Source of the DNA: Azolla caroliniana
Taxonomy: Eukaryota > Plantae > Polypodiophyta
Direction of reading: 5' to 3'
Assembly (NCBI GenBank): GCA_043228905.1
Contig: JBHGNT010000011.1
Coordinates: forward strand, 18,104,001 to 18,168,000
DNA: 64,000 nucleotides
The position numbers were made by a program, and so were the translations under genes. Below are positions 12,720 to 27,120 of the stretch, piece after piece. The notes under the pieces are model-generated. The model worked only from the letters and a program-made list of their open reading frames with translations. It made no database searches and was not told the DNA's origin. Every line of letters starts with the position of its first letter. Position 1 is the first letter of the stretch.

Positions 12720-15336
12720 ATGCTGGAGGGGGACCCCAGTATCAGAATTAACCCTAATTCGGGGCAGCACCCTAGTAGCCTCAGCCTTATAACTAATACA
12801 GACAGCAGTAGTACTAGCCGTAGACCCATCCATGGAGACCTTGACATTGGTGCAGAACACACTTCCCCTGTTTCTGCTTCTTCCCTTAATGCTCTTCCTT
12901 CCTCTTCATCATTAGGTACGGTGGTCGACAACAAGGCGGAGCTAGGGAAGACATTCCAACAAGCCGTGAGCGCACACCAATGGGGCGTGGCCGACAGCCT
13001 CATACCACTGGCCGATCGGCAACGGCTGAACGATGGGCTCTGCATTGTCCTGGACTCTGTGTGGTTCCTAACCACTGATCATGACATCTCCTCTGCCACC
13101 CAGTTGATGGAAAAGCTTGTCCGGTTCGGTGCCGATGACTTCTCGAGGGCTGCATTGCGCACCTCATTCCTCGCCTCTTGTGTCTCGGCATGCCGGAGCC
13201 GGTCCATGAGCCTCGCTGATACCGTCACAATCATGGGGCAGAGGTAAAAAGAAAAACAGGTTTAAATTGTTCATTCATTCATACATACATGTATGTATGT
13301 ATGTATGTATATTTGGATTATGTGGATGTATTTTTTTGGGGAGAGGGGTCAGTGATTCAAAAGGGCCTATATCTATCCATCAGGAAATGAATGTATACTG
13401 GTTTATTCAGTTTCTAGTCATTTCTTTTACTAAACTGGTTCAAAAGGGCCTACATCCATCCATCCATCCATCCATCCATCAGGAAATAAATGTATTATAC
13501 TGGTTTATTCAGTTTCTAGTCATTTCTTCTACTAAACTGGTGACATCAACCTTGTATGTTCAATGGCAAGAAGTTAGAACAATAACCCTTAAATGTAGTT
13601 CAATGTGTCTCCATGATATCCCTTTTCAAACTCTTGATTTCTGATAATGGCCTTCCCACTTTCGTGGACCATCAATATTTTTGTTTTTTAAGATTCATGA
13701 AATAATAATATTTCATGATGTATATATGAAAATTCGCACATGTCTTGTCTCCTTGGACGATATTCCTTTCTGAAATTCTCTCTAAATTGGGTAGTGAGGA
13801 TAATCATCGACGAGCATCAATTGATCTCCAATCATATACATAAAGAGAGCTCATGGGGAGAGTTACATTCTTATGATTTTTACTCCCTCGTACGATGATC
13901 AACCCCGTAGTGCAGGCTGAGAGAGAGATTGAAGGAATGTAATGGGGATGAACTCATGAAAGCTGAAGCATCTATTAAAGTGCAAAAGTTCACGGAGTGG
14001 GCTCTGAAATGTATCGGCTCACACTCTCGAAGGTGGGGTAAAAACAAAGACTTGGGGCAAATAACTCAAAGCTCAATAGCAGAATCAAGGATGCAACTTA
14101 TTGCATTCAAAAGGTTCTTGAACCTCGCAGGAGGGAATCTTTCGGGCAAGGATTATGCAGAGGCTTTCGATGCGGCATGTTTTCCTTTAACTCTTTTCTC
14201 GGGTGCGATTGATCCGGGGTGGGCGATGGGCATCTCAGCAAGCTCAGTGCAAGGCTTGTTAAGCCTTTTGGTTGAAGGGGGAGCTGATAATGTGGACCAG
14301 TGTTTCCTAGAGGCAGCTCGTTTCGGTAGCACGGAGCTCGTGCGGATTCTGATGCAGGTATATAAGTTGTGACCAACAAACTTTTGCATGGACATGGAAC
14401 TTTTATATCCATTTATCCCACTATATTGGTCTTCTTCCTGGAGATGAAAAACCCTGTTGGTGATTGGAGAGATCACTACTGCCCCATATGATGTGATTCT
14501 CTCTTATATTTATCGTGCAGATAGCGAGACAAAGAGACATAGATTTGGATGTGGATTTGGCCTTAAGCTTTGCATCATATTATTGCAAGACTAGTACCAT
14601 GGAATGTATAGTGGTTTATGGTAATACCGACTCCTTCCTAGGGCCCCTTATGCGAGCTGCCGAGAGAGGGTGTATGCAAGTGGTACGTTGGTTTGTCGAG
14701 CGCGGCTCTAAAGACATGGAGCTTTGCCTTGCCCTCACTGCCGCAGCTTCTAGTAGCAAGATAGATGTCTTAGCTTACTTATTAAAACATGTGCCTAGAC
14801 ATGTCCTCCATGCTCTTAGCATGGAGATCATGAAGGCCGCGAGTGACAGAAGTGGGGGCTCGTTCCATGGTATAGATTATCTTCTTTCTTGGAATTTCCT
14901 TGATAATGCCGAAGCAACCTACCGACTTGCTGAAAAGATCACGAGAAGCGAAGACGAAGGGTTTGGGTGTGAATTGAAAGACTTTTTGAAAGAGCATTGG
15001 TCACGAGAGGCTTTTGAACGGGGTCGGGGTCATGCACGTGACCACTATGTTAACATGATGAGGGTGATTAAGAGGGGATGCTCCCACCTATGCCTACAAG
15101 ATTTGCCTCCGGCTTTGCAACTCAATGTGTGCTATCTTCCCCTTTACAAAGAGTGTGCATCATCGATCGGTTTGCTTTTGCCACAAAGCAAGAGAGGGCA
15201 ACTTGTAGAAGCTGCCCTTCAGTTGCAAAATAGTGTCAATGAAGAGAGTTTGTTAAGGTATGACAAGGCGAGCCTTCTTCGGATATTGGAATTGCAATTA
15301 CCAGACTTCCTCTTCTTGGCTGGACGTAAGGTATAG
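12720..15336 (+). CDS. SKIP35: Ankyrin repeat protein, SKIP35-like
   Basis: Exons 12720-13243, 13916-14357 and 14521-15336 with GT-AG junctions. Family motifs LCIVLDSVWFL, RAALRTSFLASCVSAC, KVQKFTEWALKCIG, EAFDAACFPLTLF, FLEAARFGSTELVRIL and PLMRAAERGCMQVVRWFVERG. Confidence 0.88.
13376..13521. repeat. ~65-bp intronic direct duplication
   Basis: ATCCATCAGGAAAT..TACTGGTTTATTCAGTTTCTAGTCATTTCTT..ACTAAACTGGT occurs twice in intron 1 of the SKIP35-like gene. Confidence 0.85.
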
Positions 15337-16879
15337 TTCCTTTGTTGGTTTTAAACTTCGTATGTATTCTTTGTCATTCTGTATTATCTCATCATATATT
15401 TTAAAAGAATAAGAAAAATGGAAGGATCGACTTTTGGACGTTGTGTTTTCCACAAGAAAATAGGTAGCATAGCATCTATATGGCATTCCCATCCTCGTGA
15501 ACAAACCAAAAGATGGCAAAGATTTTTGTGGATATAAGACAAAGTAGTTGCCTTTATATGTTGTAAGATTGTACCAATACTTGTACAATATGTACCATGC
15601 CCAAATTTCTATTGCATACTCCTTCATAGGCTCCCTATTTAGCCTACATTTGTGGTTCTTACTTACCCATTTTGTTTTACATAATATGAAGAATGTAATG
15701 AATTATATATAATTTTGCATTTATCTGCATTGCTTTTTAGCTTGTAAAATTACATGATTACTTTAGAATCGAAAGTTGAATGGGAGATTTTAATTTAAAA
15801 AGGACAAGTATAAAGTTGAATGAAAAGAATCGATTCAATCATTTTTCTAGAATCATTCATATTTATTCATGAAGATAATGATGTGCCATTGTTGATTATC
15901 TTGTCAAATTGCAAGTTATTAACATTTTTACTCATGAACTCAAATGTTTATAGCTCAAGCCCGAGCATTGACCAATGTTATTAGTATCTATCTAATCTAA
16001 TTAAATTATGAGAAGTGTAGGACGGAATCGTACAATCAATGCCATGACCTAAAAATACAACAATTTGTGTTATCTTGTAGTTTTCTAATGAAAACTAATG
16101 AATAAACCTTCACTGATGTTCAACAATTTATTTTGATTTTGGGATGGGTGTGTTTTTTGTTGGAAATGTTTTTTTTTCCTAATACCAGTTTAGTTTTTGG
16201 AGGTAGAATTATAGACACCACAACTTTTCATAAGTTGTCGAAATTTCATATGAAACCATTGGCATCTTTGAAAATGTACATAAGTTGTAACAACATGCAT
16301 GGGAGTTGCATTTGCACAAAAACAGAATGTCATGCATATCATATTGATATGTGAAAAACTACCTTCTTCCTTGTCCATAAACAATTGTATTTGTCATTTT
16401 TCAAACATTTGAGTTGTCATGTGTCATGTGTCATTGTGTAAGTACTTAGCTTTATGGAATAAAACCAAGTCCCTTGATTTCTTGTATACTCACAATCGCA
16501 AAAACGACACGAATATTGCATCCTACCCTAAAGCAGAGAGGTCCATTCTAAAACATCTACCATCTTACAACAGTCATAATAGTGTATCATTATTGGAAAA
16601 CTCTTTATCAAGCACAAACCTTGGGCACTGATATGCTAGAGCAATATCAAATTGGTAATATGGGAGCAACTTTGATATGATGATTTGACGATATTTGTGT
16701 GTTCATATGCCGATGATATGACGACTCCTCACAACCCATAAGGAGAGTGAATTGTTCCTTAACATATGATCACCATGCTTTTGGTTAGGGTTAGTTTTTC
16801 AAACTGTGCAACGCCCCTTACTTGTACTACCTTAATTTCCTTTGAAGGTAACCTACCCAAAGTACACAACCTTGCATCA

Positions 16880-17101
16880 ATTGTGAATGAAATTATGGTA
16901 ATCATGAGGCAAAATTAATGATATAGATTGGATTGCGTTGTGAACCTCTTGCTTGAAGCGACCACCATTAACAAAAGTTTCACTGCAACGATTTGATTGC
17001 CATCATGAATGAATTTGTGATAACCATGAGGCAAAGTGAACAATATAGATTGGATTGCATTGTGAACCTCTTGCTCAAAGCAACTACCATCAACAAAAGC
17101 C
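16880..17101. repeat. Diverged ~120-bp tandem duplication
   Basis: ATATAGATTGGATTGCRTTGTGAACCTCTTGCT..AAGC..ACCAT.AACAAAAG occurs near 16921 and near 17044. Confidence 0.75.
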
Positions 17102-17418
17102 TTATATGGAGCATCCCTCACCGAAACTCCATAGTTTGGGCCAATCTCTAGGCAAATCATTGGAACGCATATGTCTATGTACTGATGGAGCTTGAGCCCA
17201 TAACCCGAAGGTGATGAGGCGAACAAAATGAACGGGGCTGATTTGCAAGTGTGAAATGAGAAGATCCAAAGGGAACAATGACAAGTGTGTTGAGGGAGTG
17301 TCCTAGGGGGACGAGTGTTCAATGTGAACAGAGAGATGGTTGGAGGAAGTGAAGGAGGGAACAGAGCAAGGCAGGGTAGGCGATGGAGTGGTTCAATTCC
17401 GGGCACCCAACAAATTCA

Positions 17419-17645
17419 TTACATACATACATACATAGTGCACATACATACATACATACATACATACATACATAGCATACATAACATACATACATACAGA
17501 CTGTACATACATATACATACATACATCATTACATACATGCATAGATACATACATACATAGTGTACATACATCATTACATACATCATTACATACATGCATG
17601 CATACATACATTACTTACATACATACATACATACATTACATACAC
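17419..17645. repeat. Compound (ATAC)n microsatellite just upstream of COG5
   Basis: About 225 bp of ACAT/ATAC units with CATT and GTAC variants. Confidence 0.9.
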
Positions 17646-17708
17646 TGTAGAGAATGTAGAGGCTCCCTCCCTCCTCTCCCCCTGCTCTTTGCTTCTTCTG
17701 CTGCTTCC

Positions 17709-20700
17709 ATGTCCGCAACAACAACAACAACAACGATGCAGCTGCGCTCCGGCTCCATGGCCAGGAGGCCTGCATCTGTCACCACCCCTTCCTCTCCATT
17801 GAATCGCCTCCAAAGCTCAAAGACCCTCACCTCCTCTTCCAACGCCGCCATCCCTGGCGACCTCCTCGACGCCTCCCCTGATACCTCCTTCGACGAATTC
17901 TCCCGTGACAAGGTATTCTCTAAATTCCTCGAAGAAGAATTCGATGTGACTAGATTTGTTAGCGATGCACTGCGCAGTGGATCCGCTTCTTCTTGCTCCG
18001 AGAAGCTCGAAGAAGGAATACGACTCATGGATCGACAACTTAGAAACGAGATCAACCTCCGGCACGATGATCTCCTCCATCTCCTCACAAGTCTTAAAGA
18101 AACAGAGGGCTCTGTTTCTCTCATGAAAGGGGGGGCACAGAGCCTCCTGTCTTGTGTTAGAAGAATAAGGTCAGAGATCGCCGAACCTTATCACGACATC
18201 AAGACTAAAACCCGACAACTTGCATCTCTTCATGAGACTATAGAGCTACTTAGATCTGTTATCCGAGCTCTTCGGCAAATCAAGAAGCTCAAAGAAGCTA
18301 TGGAAACCGATGCCTCCCGCTCCGATCTTGCTAAATGTGCACAGTTATTCAATGAAGTCGAAACCTTGAGAAAAGAGGCAGATTTGAATGGTGTAGAAGT
18401 GATAGATTCAGAGATACCATGGTTCCTTGAGAGTGGAAACAAGATCCGAACTGAAGCAATGAAAGTATTGGAAAAAGGTATGGAAGCTCTTAACCAAGCG
18501 GAGGTTGGAAGTGGATTACAGGTATATTATAATATGGGAGAGTTAAAGCCAACTGTTGAAGGGATGGTCGGGAAGTATAAATCTATGGCTGTCAAGAGTA
18601 TAAGTACTGCATTTGACTTGAAGGCAATATCTGCTAGTGCATCAGGGTCTCTAGGGCCAGGAGGTGTTCAAAGGAGTGGGACACCTCAGCTTGGTGGTAG
18701 TTCAAAAGCACGAGAGAATCTTTGGCAAAGATTAAACCCGTGCTTGGATCAGTTGCATGCAGTTATGCTTGCAGTTTGGCATCTCCAACGGGTTTTATCT
18801 AAGAAAAGAGACCCTATCTCGCACACTGTCTTTCTTGAAGAAGTTATGCAGGCAAGGCCCTTTTTTCTTGAAATAATGTTGGGAATGCACTTTCTTTATG
18901 GTGACTTGTTTCTATTAAACCCTTGTTGAGCATCTTTTGGCATTTTCATCAAACCATAGTGTGCTTCATACAATGTCCCCCTTCACATGACCAAAATATT
19001 TTCAATTAATGTCTTGTTTGATAATGCTTGGTTTTAATTCGACTATGATGTGTGTCTCAATGTACATTGTTTTGGATGCACATGACCCCCTAGTGTGTTC
19101 TATTAACATTGTTTGGCTGAACGTGACCTTATCAAGCCCTTGTTGGGATGTTTTGCGTTATTCCTAAACTATAGTATAATTCTAGACATACATTGTTTGG
19201 ATTAACACAACTGTAACGTTTTGGATGAATCTCTTGTTCAAACATGTTTGTGGCTTTGTTGTGTAGGCATACATTCTATAGCTTATGTTTTCAATTAAGC
19301 TCTCCTTTGGAGTTGAAGCTATGCCAACATATATGTTAGAATTTTAGGAAAGAAGCATGGTAATGTACTTAATAATGGTGGTTCTCTTTTAGAATCTGAC
19401 GCTTTATATGATCAAAATTGGGGAATTCCGTTTGATAAGATTGTGCCTAGCCTTATCTTATTAAAAAGGAAAATAATTTGCATTTAAAAGATGCAGTTTC
19501 ACCATTTCACATTTTATCCGGAAAAACGATATTACATGAAACTATGCCAGCGTTATATTTTTCTTACCAACTATACATATATATGTGTGAATGAGTGTGT
19601 GTGTGGCCCAGCCACATGCACTTAATTTGGAACAGCCAGACTATTTTGATGTTGTTAAGGTATGTATGGATCGATTGATATTGATTTGGTTTACTCCTGA
19701 TTGTGGTCACCTACATTTTAAACTAAAATCTATGATTGGTTGTAAAGTATCTAGCATCTGGAAAATAGACTGTAAGTGAATGTAGCATATAGTAAATAGA
19801 CTTAACATAATGTTTGGTAAAGTGGCTGATGTAGCATAGTATTTTGTCAAGTGGCTGATGTAGCATATGGTAAATACACGTAGCAGTATGATGCCATGTG
19901 GTTGAGTCACTGACAGAAGTGTGTGTATCGATCGTAAACCTTTTGCGTCGTTTGATTCAATTCTCATGAATAGTTGGTAAAGGTCACAGCATTCTGTAAT
20001 AACATATTACTTTTGACGATTTTATCTTGGTTACACCATTGAGCATGACTTGTTTGATAATTTTGCTTAGCTCTTTGTGTCTTAGCCCACTGATCTAATT
20101 TTCAGCTTATGTTCATTATTATGTAGGTTAATATCTCTACCCTTCAGTGTTACATATTCAAGTTTAGACTAATCTTGGATGCTTAAATATCTGATGTGCA
20201 GACAGGTGATACTCTGCTCACTGATCGAGTGTGGGAAGCACTGGTCAAGACCTTTACCAGTCAAATGAAATCCTGTTTTACAGCATCAAGCTTTGTCAAA
20301 GAAACTTTTGTACTAGGGTATCCCAAGCTGCTTTCTATGATAAACAATTTACTAGAGAGACTTGTTCGTGATACTGATGTGAAGGGTGTTCTACCTGCAA
20401 TTAAGGATCAAGATAAAGAGCATCTACTAGCTGCTTTAGAACCATTCCAGACTGCTTATCTAGCACAATGTTTGAATCGATTGTTGGACCTTGTTAATGC
20501 AATGTTTCCATATGGAATGCGTGCAACCATTCCTTCACAAGATCAGATTTCGAAACTGATATCACGCATTCAAGAAGAAGTTGAAGCTGTTAAATTAGAT
20601 GGGCGACTGCTTCTATCAGTGCTACATGAAGTGGGAAAAGTTCTTCAGTTGCTTAGTGAAAAATTCGAGTATCAGGTATATATTTCTGTACTAATAATTA

Positions 20701-22057
20701 TATTATATATTTCAGATCTGTGATCCAAGAAACATTTTGTGGTTTTGTTTCAAAAATACTAGTTTCATAAAATGAAAAACAATATAAAGCATTATAACTG
20801 GTTTATGGTATATATATAATAGCTCCACATCTTTCTACATATATTAGAGAAGTTGAGCATCATTAAAAATCAAGATATTTATGGTAATTTAGGGAGGTTT
20901 CTGAAAATTGCGGGAACTGAAATAGAGAAACAAATACCAGAGTGTGGAGTGTGCTAATTTGTGAAATCTATATTTTTCATATTGGTCATAAATTTTAGAG
21001 GATCAGAGTTAAGACAAAGTTGGGAAATATAATAATTGGAAAACAAATGGAACTTTTTCAAAACTTGTTTTTTTCGATACAATTTTTTCCCGGTATGGAA
21101 GGTGTTTAGTTTGCCTTACTAGTGCGTCTTCTGTTGCAGATTGCAACAGGGCCCGATTCTCGCCAAGTGACCAACCCTGCAACTCCTTTGCAGATCAAGA
21201 ATTTTGCTCTATGTCTTCAGCTTCAAGAAGTTCATTCACGCATAAATGCACTAATTTCTGGTATCCCTCATGCCCCTGAGGTTTTATCAGCATCTTTAGG
21301 TGCAATATACGGGGTAGCATTGGATTCTGTAACCTCTTTATTTCAAGCAATGGGGGAACACATTGAGCATATCATTTTGCAGATCCATGATCAGAACTTC
21401 AGCCCTGAGGTTGCTGATGCAAGTATTGTTGAAGGATGTTCAAAATACATGGAAGAGTTGCATAAGACTACTATTCATTACCGTGTAGAATTTCTCTCAA
21501 AATTGCTTCCGAATTCGTCTAAAGGTGATTCCATCAGTGCACACCTTGCTAGAACGATGGCATCTCGTGTGCTTGTGTTTTTTGTACGTCATGCAGCTCT
21601 TGTAAGACCATTGTCAGAGTCAGGGAAACTAAAGATGACAAAAGATATAGCCGAACTAGAGCTAACAGTAGGAGAAATTGTCTTTCCAATAGAGCAATTG
21701 GGCGCACCTTTCCGAGCTCTACGAGCATTCAAACACTTGATATTCTTGGAGACTTCTGTGCTCGGGAGTAGTCCAATCCTTAGAGAGTTGCTCCCAAGTG
21801 TTATTCTCCATCATTTGTATTCGAGAGCCCCATCTGAATTGGAGTCACCGATGAAATCGAAAAAACTCACACCCATTCAGTACTCCTTATGGCTAGATTC
21901 TCAACCTGAGGAACAAGTTTGGAAAGGTATAAAGTCAACACTTGATGATTATGCATCCAAAGTTAAAGCACGAGGAGATAAAGAGTTCAGCCCAATCTAC
22001 CCTTTGATGTTAAAACTCGGAGCATCTGTAATAAAGCAGGAGTCCAAGCAAACATGA
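17709..22057 (+). CDS. COG5: Conserved oligomeric Golgi complex subunit 5
   Basis: Exons 17709-18851 (GC donor), 20202-20675 and 21140-22057. Motifs ALNQAEVGSGLQVYYNMGEL, AVWHLQRVLSKKRDP, FVRHAALVRPLSESGKLKM and VKARGDKEFSPIYPLM. The start could be a later Met (17736 or 17757). Confidence 0.93.
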
Positions 22058-23237
22058 TCATAATTTCATGCTTGGAGACAATTTTTTACGTTATGGCCTA
22101 ATGTAATGTTTATTTATTCACGAGAGAGAGAAAGGAGCCTAAATGGAATTTCACATCATTTCGTTTTGCCGTGTAATTTTTGTATCTTTGAGTGTTTTCC
22201 TTTGGTATGCGACTTACGGTTAATAGAAGTGGCATTTGACCAATTTTGACCACTTATGTCCACAAGTAAATAAATAAATTAGTTTTGTCTCAAGATTAAA
22301 AGGAAAGGGTAACTAAAGAACACAGACAGTTGGGCTTTCTATCATGCAAATACTTAGCTGAATGGTCTAACCCATCTTATCTAGAGTAATCTAGAAGTAG
22401 AAACCAAACACACGGCAAGAAACTAGTGAGGCTTATCAATTATCTTCAAATTTCACAAGGATAAGGTTGACTTCAATTACAATCGGAAAACACCAAGGTA
22501 TTTTACCAAGGCACTACATAAGACTTTCACCAACATTCATTCACATCAACAATCATCAAAGAAGTTAACAACGTGGGTTGGGTTTTGATGAGATGATTTA
22601 GAATTTTCGTTTCAAATTGTTGTGTTATGTTTATCACGGACTTCAAAATCAATAGATTCAAATTGATGACTCTCTACTACAAAAATAACTTTGGACACCT
22701 CTCAAGTTTCGGACCCTACATGTCTCCCTTTCATTCACCTCGTTATTGTAAAGAAAAACCTTGGACATTGGGCAAAGTAGAAAGGCTTTTGATCATCAAC
22801 AATTTCAAGCAACAACATCCTTCTTGTATATTCAAATGTGCATTTGATTTTTGCACAAGAATTAAAACATTTCGATCGAAACTAAAGCCCTCTTTAATAC
22901 CGCAAGAAAAATGTCCAGCCTCAATCAATCTGACTCATATTACTACTATAGGGATTGTGGTATGATTTTGCTAGTATCAGCGTTTGATGCTCGAGAATTT
23001 AGAGCACCAATTTGGTGTCCCTTGGACTAAATATGTTAATGGTCGGATGCCGAAGAAAGGTTTTCGAACACACTCAAGACAGATTGAAGGATCCCTCCAA
23101 TGGGCGGTTGCCACATCAGCAAACACGAGGACCAATCTGAAATCGCCACATCAGCAGACTTCTCTTCTCTTTGATGTTTCCTTTCCTAAACCAGTGTTTT
23201 TTCTACATATAAACATGGTTCTTTATATTTATAGCTC

Positions 23238-25952
23238 ATGGATTCCTCTGTAGCATTTGCAGAAGCTTCTTCACCTTTCCATAGCTTGGCCGAAGGTATT
23301 CACTCATGGATTGCTTCCAATTACAGAGGCTGAATGAGCTTGTAGTAATCGTAACTCGTCTGAATTTGTTGTTTTTCTCTGTTTTTTCATGATGTGCACA
23401 GAAGCTGTTTCTTCCAAGGAGAATGGAAGTGAAGAGGTAAGATCTATCAATAACTTCCTTTCTAGGAGCTAAGAATGGTTCAAAATGGTTTTGTTTGAAA
23501 CCTCAACATCCTTTCTTACAAATATTGCCTCCTCCCAAAAGAAGGAAAAAAATAACCCCAAACCCCAGAAATCAAACCATGAACATAAACGCAAGAATAT
23601 CTTTGCTGCAAATATGCATAATATGATTTTACATACATAAAATCATGATGTTGATGGTGATAGCATATTTTCTCACTTCTGTTGATTGTAGTTATTTGGA
23701 TGCATTAGAATATGAGATATGTCATCGAGATATGGATATTTTCTTGCCATCAATATTTCTAGCACTGTTGTTTTTTATTTTCCGTCTTCAACTTAAACTA
23801 AGTTTGGATGTGTTATAAATATTGGACATTGTAACCATTTTTAGATAGATGTTTCCTGACATTAGCCACTGTGCTTTCTTAGTCATTGTTGCATAGCTTG
23901 TACGATTTTAGGGTACCAATATTTTACTGTTCTCCTTACTCACATAATCGTACATGTTTGTTATGTGGAAACAACGTTTTGAGAATTAACTTCTCACTAG
24001 TTAAAATATAAGACAAGTGCATAAGGAATGTTCTTGTACCATTTTGGTTTAACGCATGGAACCTACCTAAGGAGAAGAAAAAAGGTATCTCCTTTGGCTA
24101 TCAATTGAAAACAGCTATAGACAGCAATAGGCCAATCTGTTGATAGCAGTCTACACTGAGATCCAAAGGTGTCCAGATATCACAGATTGTGCACTGTTGG
24201 TCTCTCCAATTGTCCATTGGAAAGGTTAAAGCATGCAACTTTAGAATCTCAACTCATTTTGGTGTTGGAGGTTTTATATGTTGGAGTCTCCTTGTGGTGC
24301 ATTTGTTCTGGATATAATTACATATTGTGGCATCATAATATGGGTTTAATTACATTTCTCAAAAGACTTTACCTCTTGAATGTTTGAACACATCAACAAG
24401 CATGTTAGAACCAAGGTTTTCCTTTGAAATACGAAAATCATCTAGTGTTACACATTTTGAAATGGAGATATATTGTGATGACATGACGATCACATCAAAC
24501 TACATCCTTTACTTTAGTTCTCAACATCATGAAATTTGAATATGGTTCGGATCTTGTCAAATCTGCATTATTTTGATGTGTTAGAAGGCTGTAGACAACC
24601 CTTTTCGTCTTAGCAGATTGTCATGGTCTTGGTTATCTGCATCCAGATTCTTTGAATCTTGCATGTGTTAGAACAAGTCACATCCTCCAAAAAGTTGACT
24701 AACCAATAGTGATGAATAAAATACCAATGTTATTCTGGTCGGTTAATTCCAGCCCGATTATATTTTCAGTACAACTTTGTTGTGTGAGCTAGAAGTCACA
24801 TTAACAGTTCATCAGTTCGTGTCCAGAGCATAGATATCAAGTGTGTGAATAATGATTTGGACTGCATTCTACAAGCAGAAACCATCAACAGCAAACTTAA
24901 GTTGGGCTCCACTTGTTGCAAGAGAGTTGAATCTCTAGAACGTAAGTAGTCCAGTTCACTGAGTTCCAACTTGACATACTGCAATGAAGAACATGGCCTT
25001 CAAACTTTGGAAGTATCCATTAATTACTTCCTTGAGTCAGTCCAAAATGGCCTGAAAATGAGTTTGATGCATAAAAAAAATGTAAAACCATGTAGAATGA
25101 CATTCCATGTGATTCAAGTTCTGCAATCCATTCCTCGCCATATCAACAGAGTGTATGTGAACTTCAAAGTGTTTTAGTTACAGAGGAACGTAACATAGAT
25201 TTTTGCAGACTATATGAGGCACTTGCTTCCATGATGAACTTTTATTAGGATTACCTTGTCTTTTGTAAGGAGAAAAGTGAATGAAGAGTACTCATCGTGG
25301 TGCTAATATTTAGGACTTGGAATTGAAGGCTCAACGAGCCTTGGAGTGTCCATGTGTTGCTGAGCTACGTGATGGCCCATGTGGAAAGGAGTTCTCCGAG
25401 GCCCTTGTGTGCTTCATCAAGAGCACTGCAGAAGAGAAGGTGAAAGTGAATCTTGGGCTTATAAGTTAGCAATAAATTGTGAACAAAATAGGTTTTTGAT
25501 TTTATAAAGTGTTACTCATAGGTTCTGGTTAGAGAAAGGTTTTGTTTCTTCTCTCTTGGAATGGAAGGGGAATCAAGAAAATTATAATAAACATTCCCCT
25601 AGTTTTATCAAGTAGGGTATGCTTTGTAACACAATTCACAAAGATGCACACCTTCCCAGTTTTGTATTTGCAATCAGTAATATGATTGATAACCAAACTC
25701 ACAAAAACTCACCAATCTTGTTTCTGAGAAATAAGACCTGAAGAATTATAAAATGCAACTCAAGAAGCATCATATTAATCAGTCAACAGTTGTATGTTAG
25801 ATTTTCTGGTTTGGCTGAATGTTTTGCATGGATTTCTGTAGGGGTCTGATTGCGTGAGTAGTTTTTTGGCAATGCAAGCATGCATGCTTGAAAAACCAGA
25901 TGCATTTTCGAAGGACAATGTGAGGGAAAAGCATAAAGAGAACCAACTATAA
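23238..25952 (+). CDS. MIA40: Mitochondrial intermembrane-space oxidoreductase MIA40 (CPC plus twin CX9C), about 109 aa
   Basis: Exons 23238-23295, 23402-23436, 25314-25439 and 25842-25952 join in frame: ...HSLAEEAVSSKENGSEE-DLELKAQRALECPCVAELRDGPCGKEFSEALVCFIKSTAEEK-GSDCVSSFLAMQACMLEKPDAFSKD...ENQL*. Not present in the ORF track. Confidence 0.9.
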
Positions 25953-26814
25953 TATCAGAACTACCCATTCTTGAAAGATGATGATAGTTAATTCATCCAT
26001 GATTTTATTTCTATTGTTGATGTGACATCTATCATATTCGAGAAACAAAACCAAATTAGAGTGGTAATGTGTGGAACTCTGTAGCGAGTATAATGTCAAA
26101 TAAAGAGAACATTTGAGATCTGTCAATTTGGAAGTCTACTTGACTACAGGAAATAAAGGATGTTTGCCCTTTGATCTGAAATGCAACCAGTAGGTTAGTG
26201 ATAAGGAATTAATGTAGATGAAATGGTATTTGTACTTGCTTTGTTTTGTTTACCTCAACAGAACCTCCGTTTTTTGTATTGATCAAAAAGTGTTCTTTTC
26301 TGTGGGGAAAATGTAAACCGTGATACACTATTTTATTTTATTCTGAGACCTCTGTTCTTTTCAATCTATGATATGCTTGTGTTAGATTGTTCTCTGAATT
26401 ATTCATGCTAGATTGCTCTTTTTTCTCTAACTTACAGCATGCTTATGTTAGATTCTTAGTGTTTGATGAGGATGTACTGAAACTGGTCAATGTATCAGTA
26501 ATTGCTTTATGTTAGTTCATATCTACATGACTCTAGTGTCTATATTATTAACGTTTGATTCAAAACTTATTAGAGACATCCTTCCGTACAATTATAGTTT
26601 AAACAGAAAATTCAAGATCTTTTTTAAATTTGTTTGACACATGACCCACATGAATGGAGTAGAGTTACCCCATTCATATAGACAAAAAGGAATATACCAA
26701 TACATCCCTAACTACCACAATGCCAAGGCTTCACAAGGATAAAAGCTTTGAAAACAAGACATGTTTCACTTTTCAACAATATCATAAAATCCATGAGCTA
26801 ATTAAACTAAAAAG

Positions 26815-27120
26815 CAGGATAAATGCTACTGCACCGATAGTTCTTTCAGCACCTCATACAAACATATCTGAAATGTGTTCCATCCCCTCCAATAATGTGG
26901 ACACTGAATACAATACTGTCCATAACAAAAACCTCATTTCACAATGTAATTTAAACCTATACCAAACATACGAAACAGGATAAATGCTACTGAACAGAGC
27001 TCTTTCAGCACCTCATACAAACACATCTGAAATGTGTTCATCTCCAATAATATGGCCATTGAATACTGTCCATAACAAAAACCTTATTTCACAATGTAAT
27101 TTAAACCTATACCAAACATA
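26815..27120. repeat. Tandem duplication of a ~150-160-bp unit
   Basis: Copies at 26815-26975 and 26976-27120 both run from CAGGATAAATGCTACTG to AAACCTATACCAAACATA. Confidence 0.9.

Noticed and set aside
17315-17708. HTYI/MYVC-rich ORFs and the MHTYITY N-terminal extension of COG5
   Set aside because: These are translations of the (ATAC)n microsatellite.
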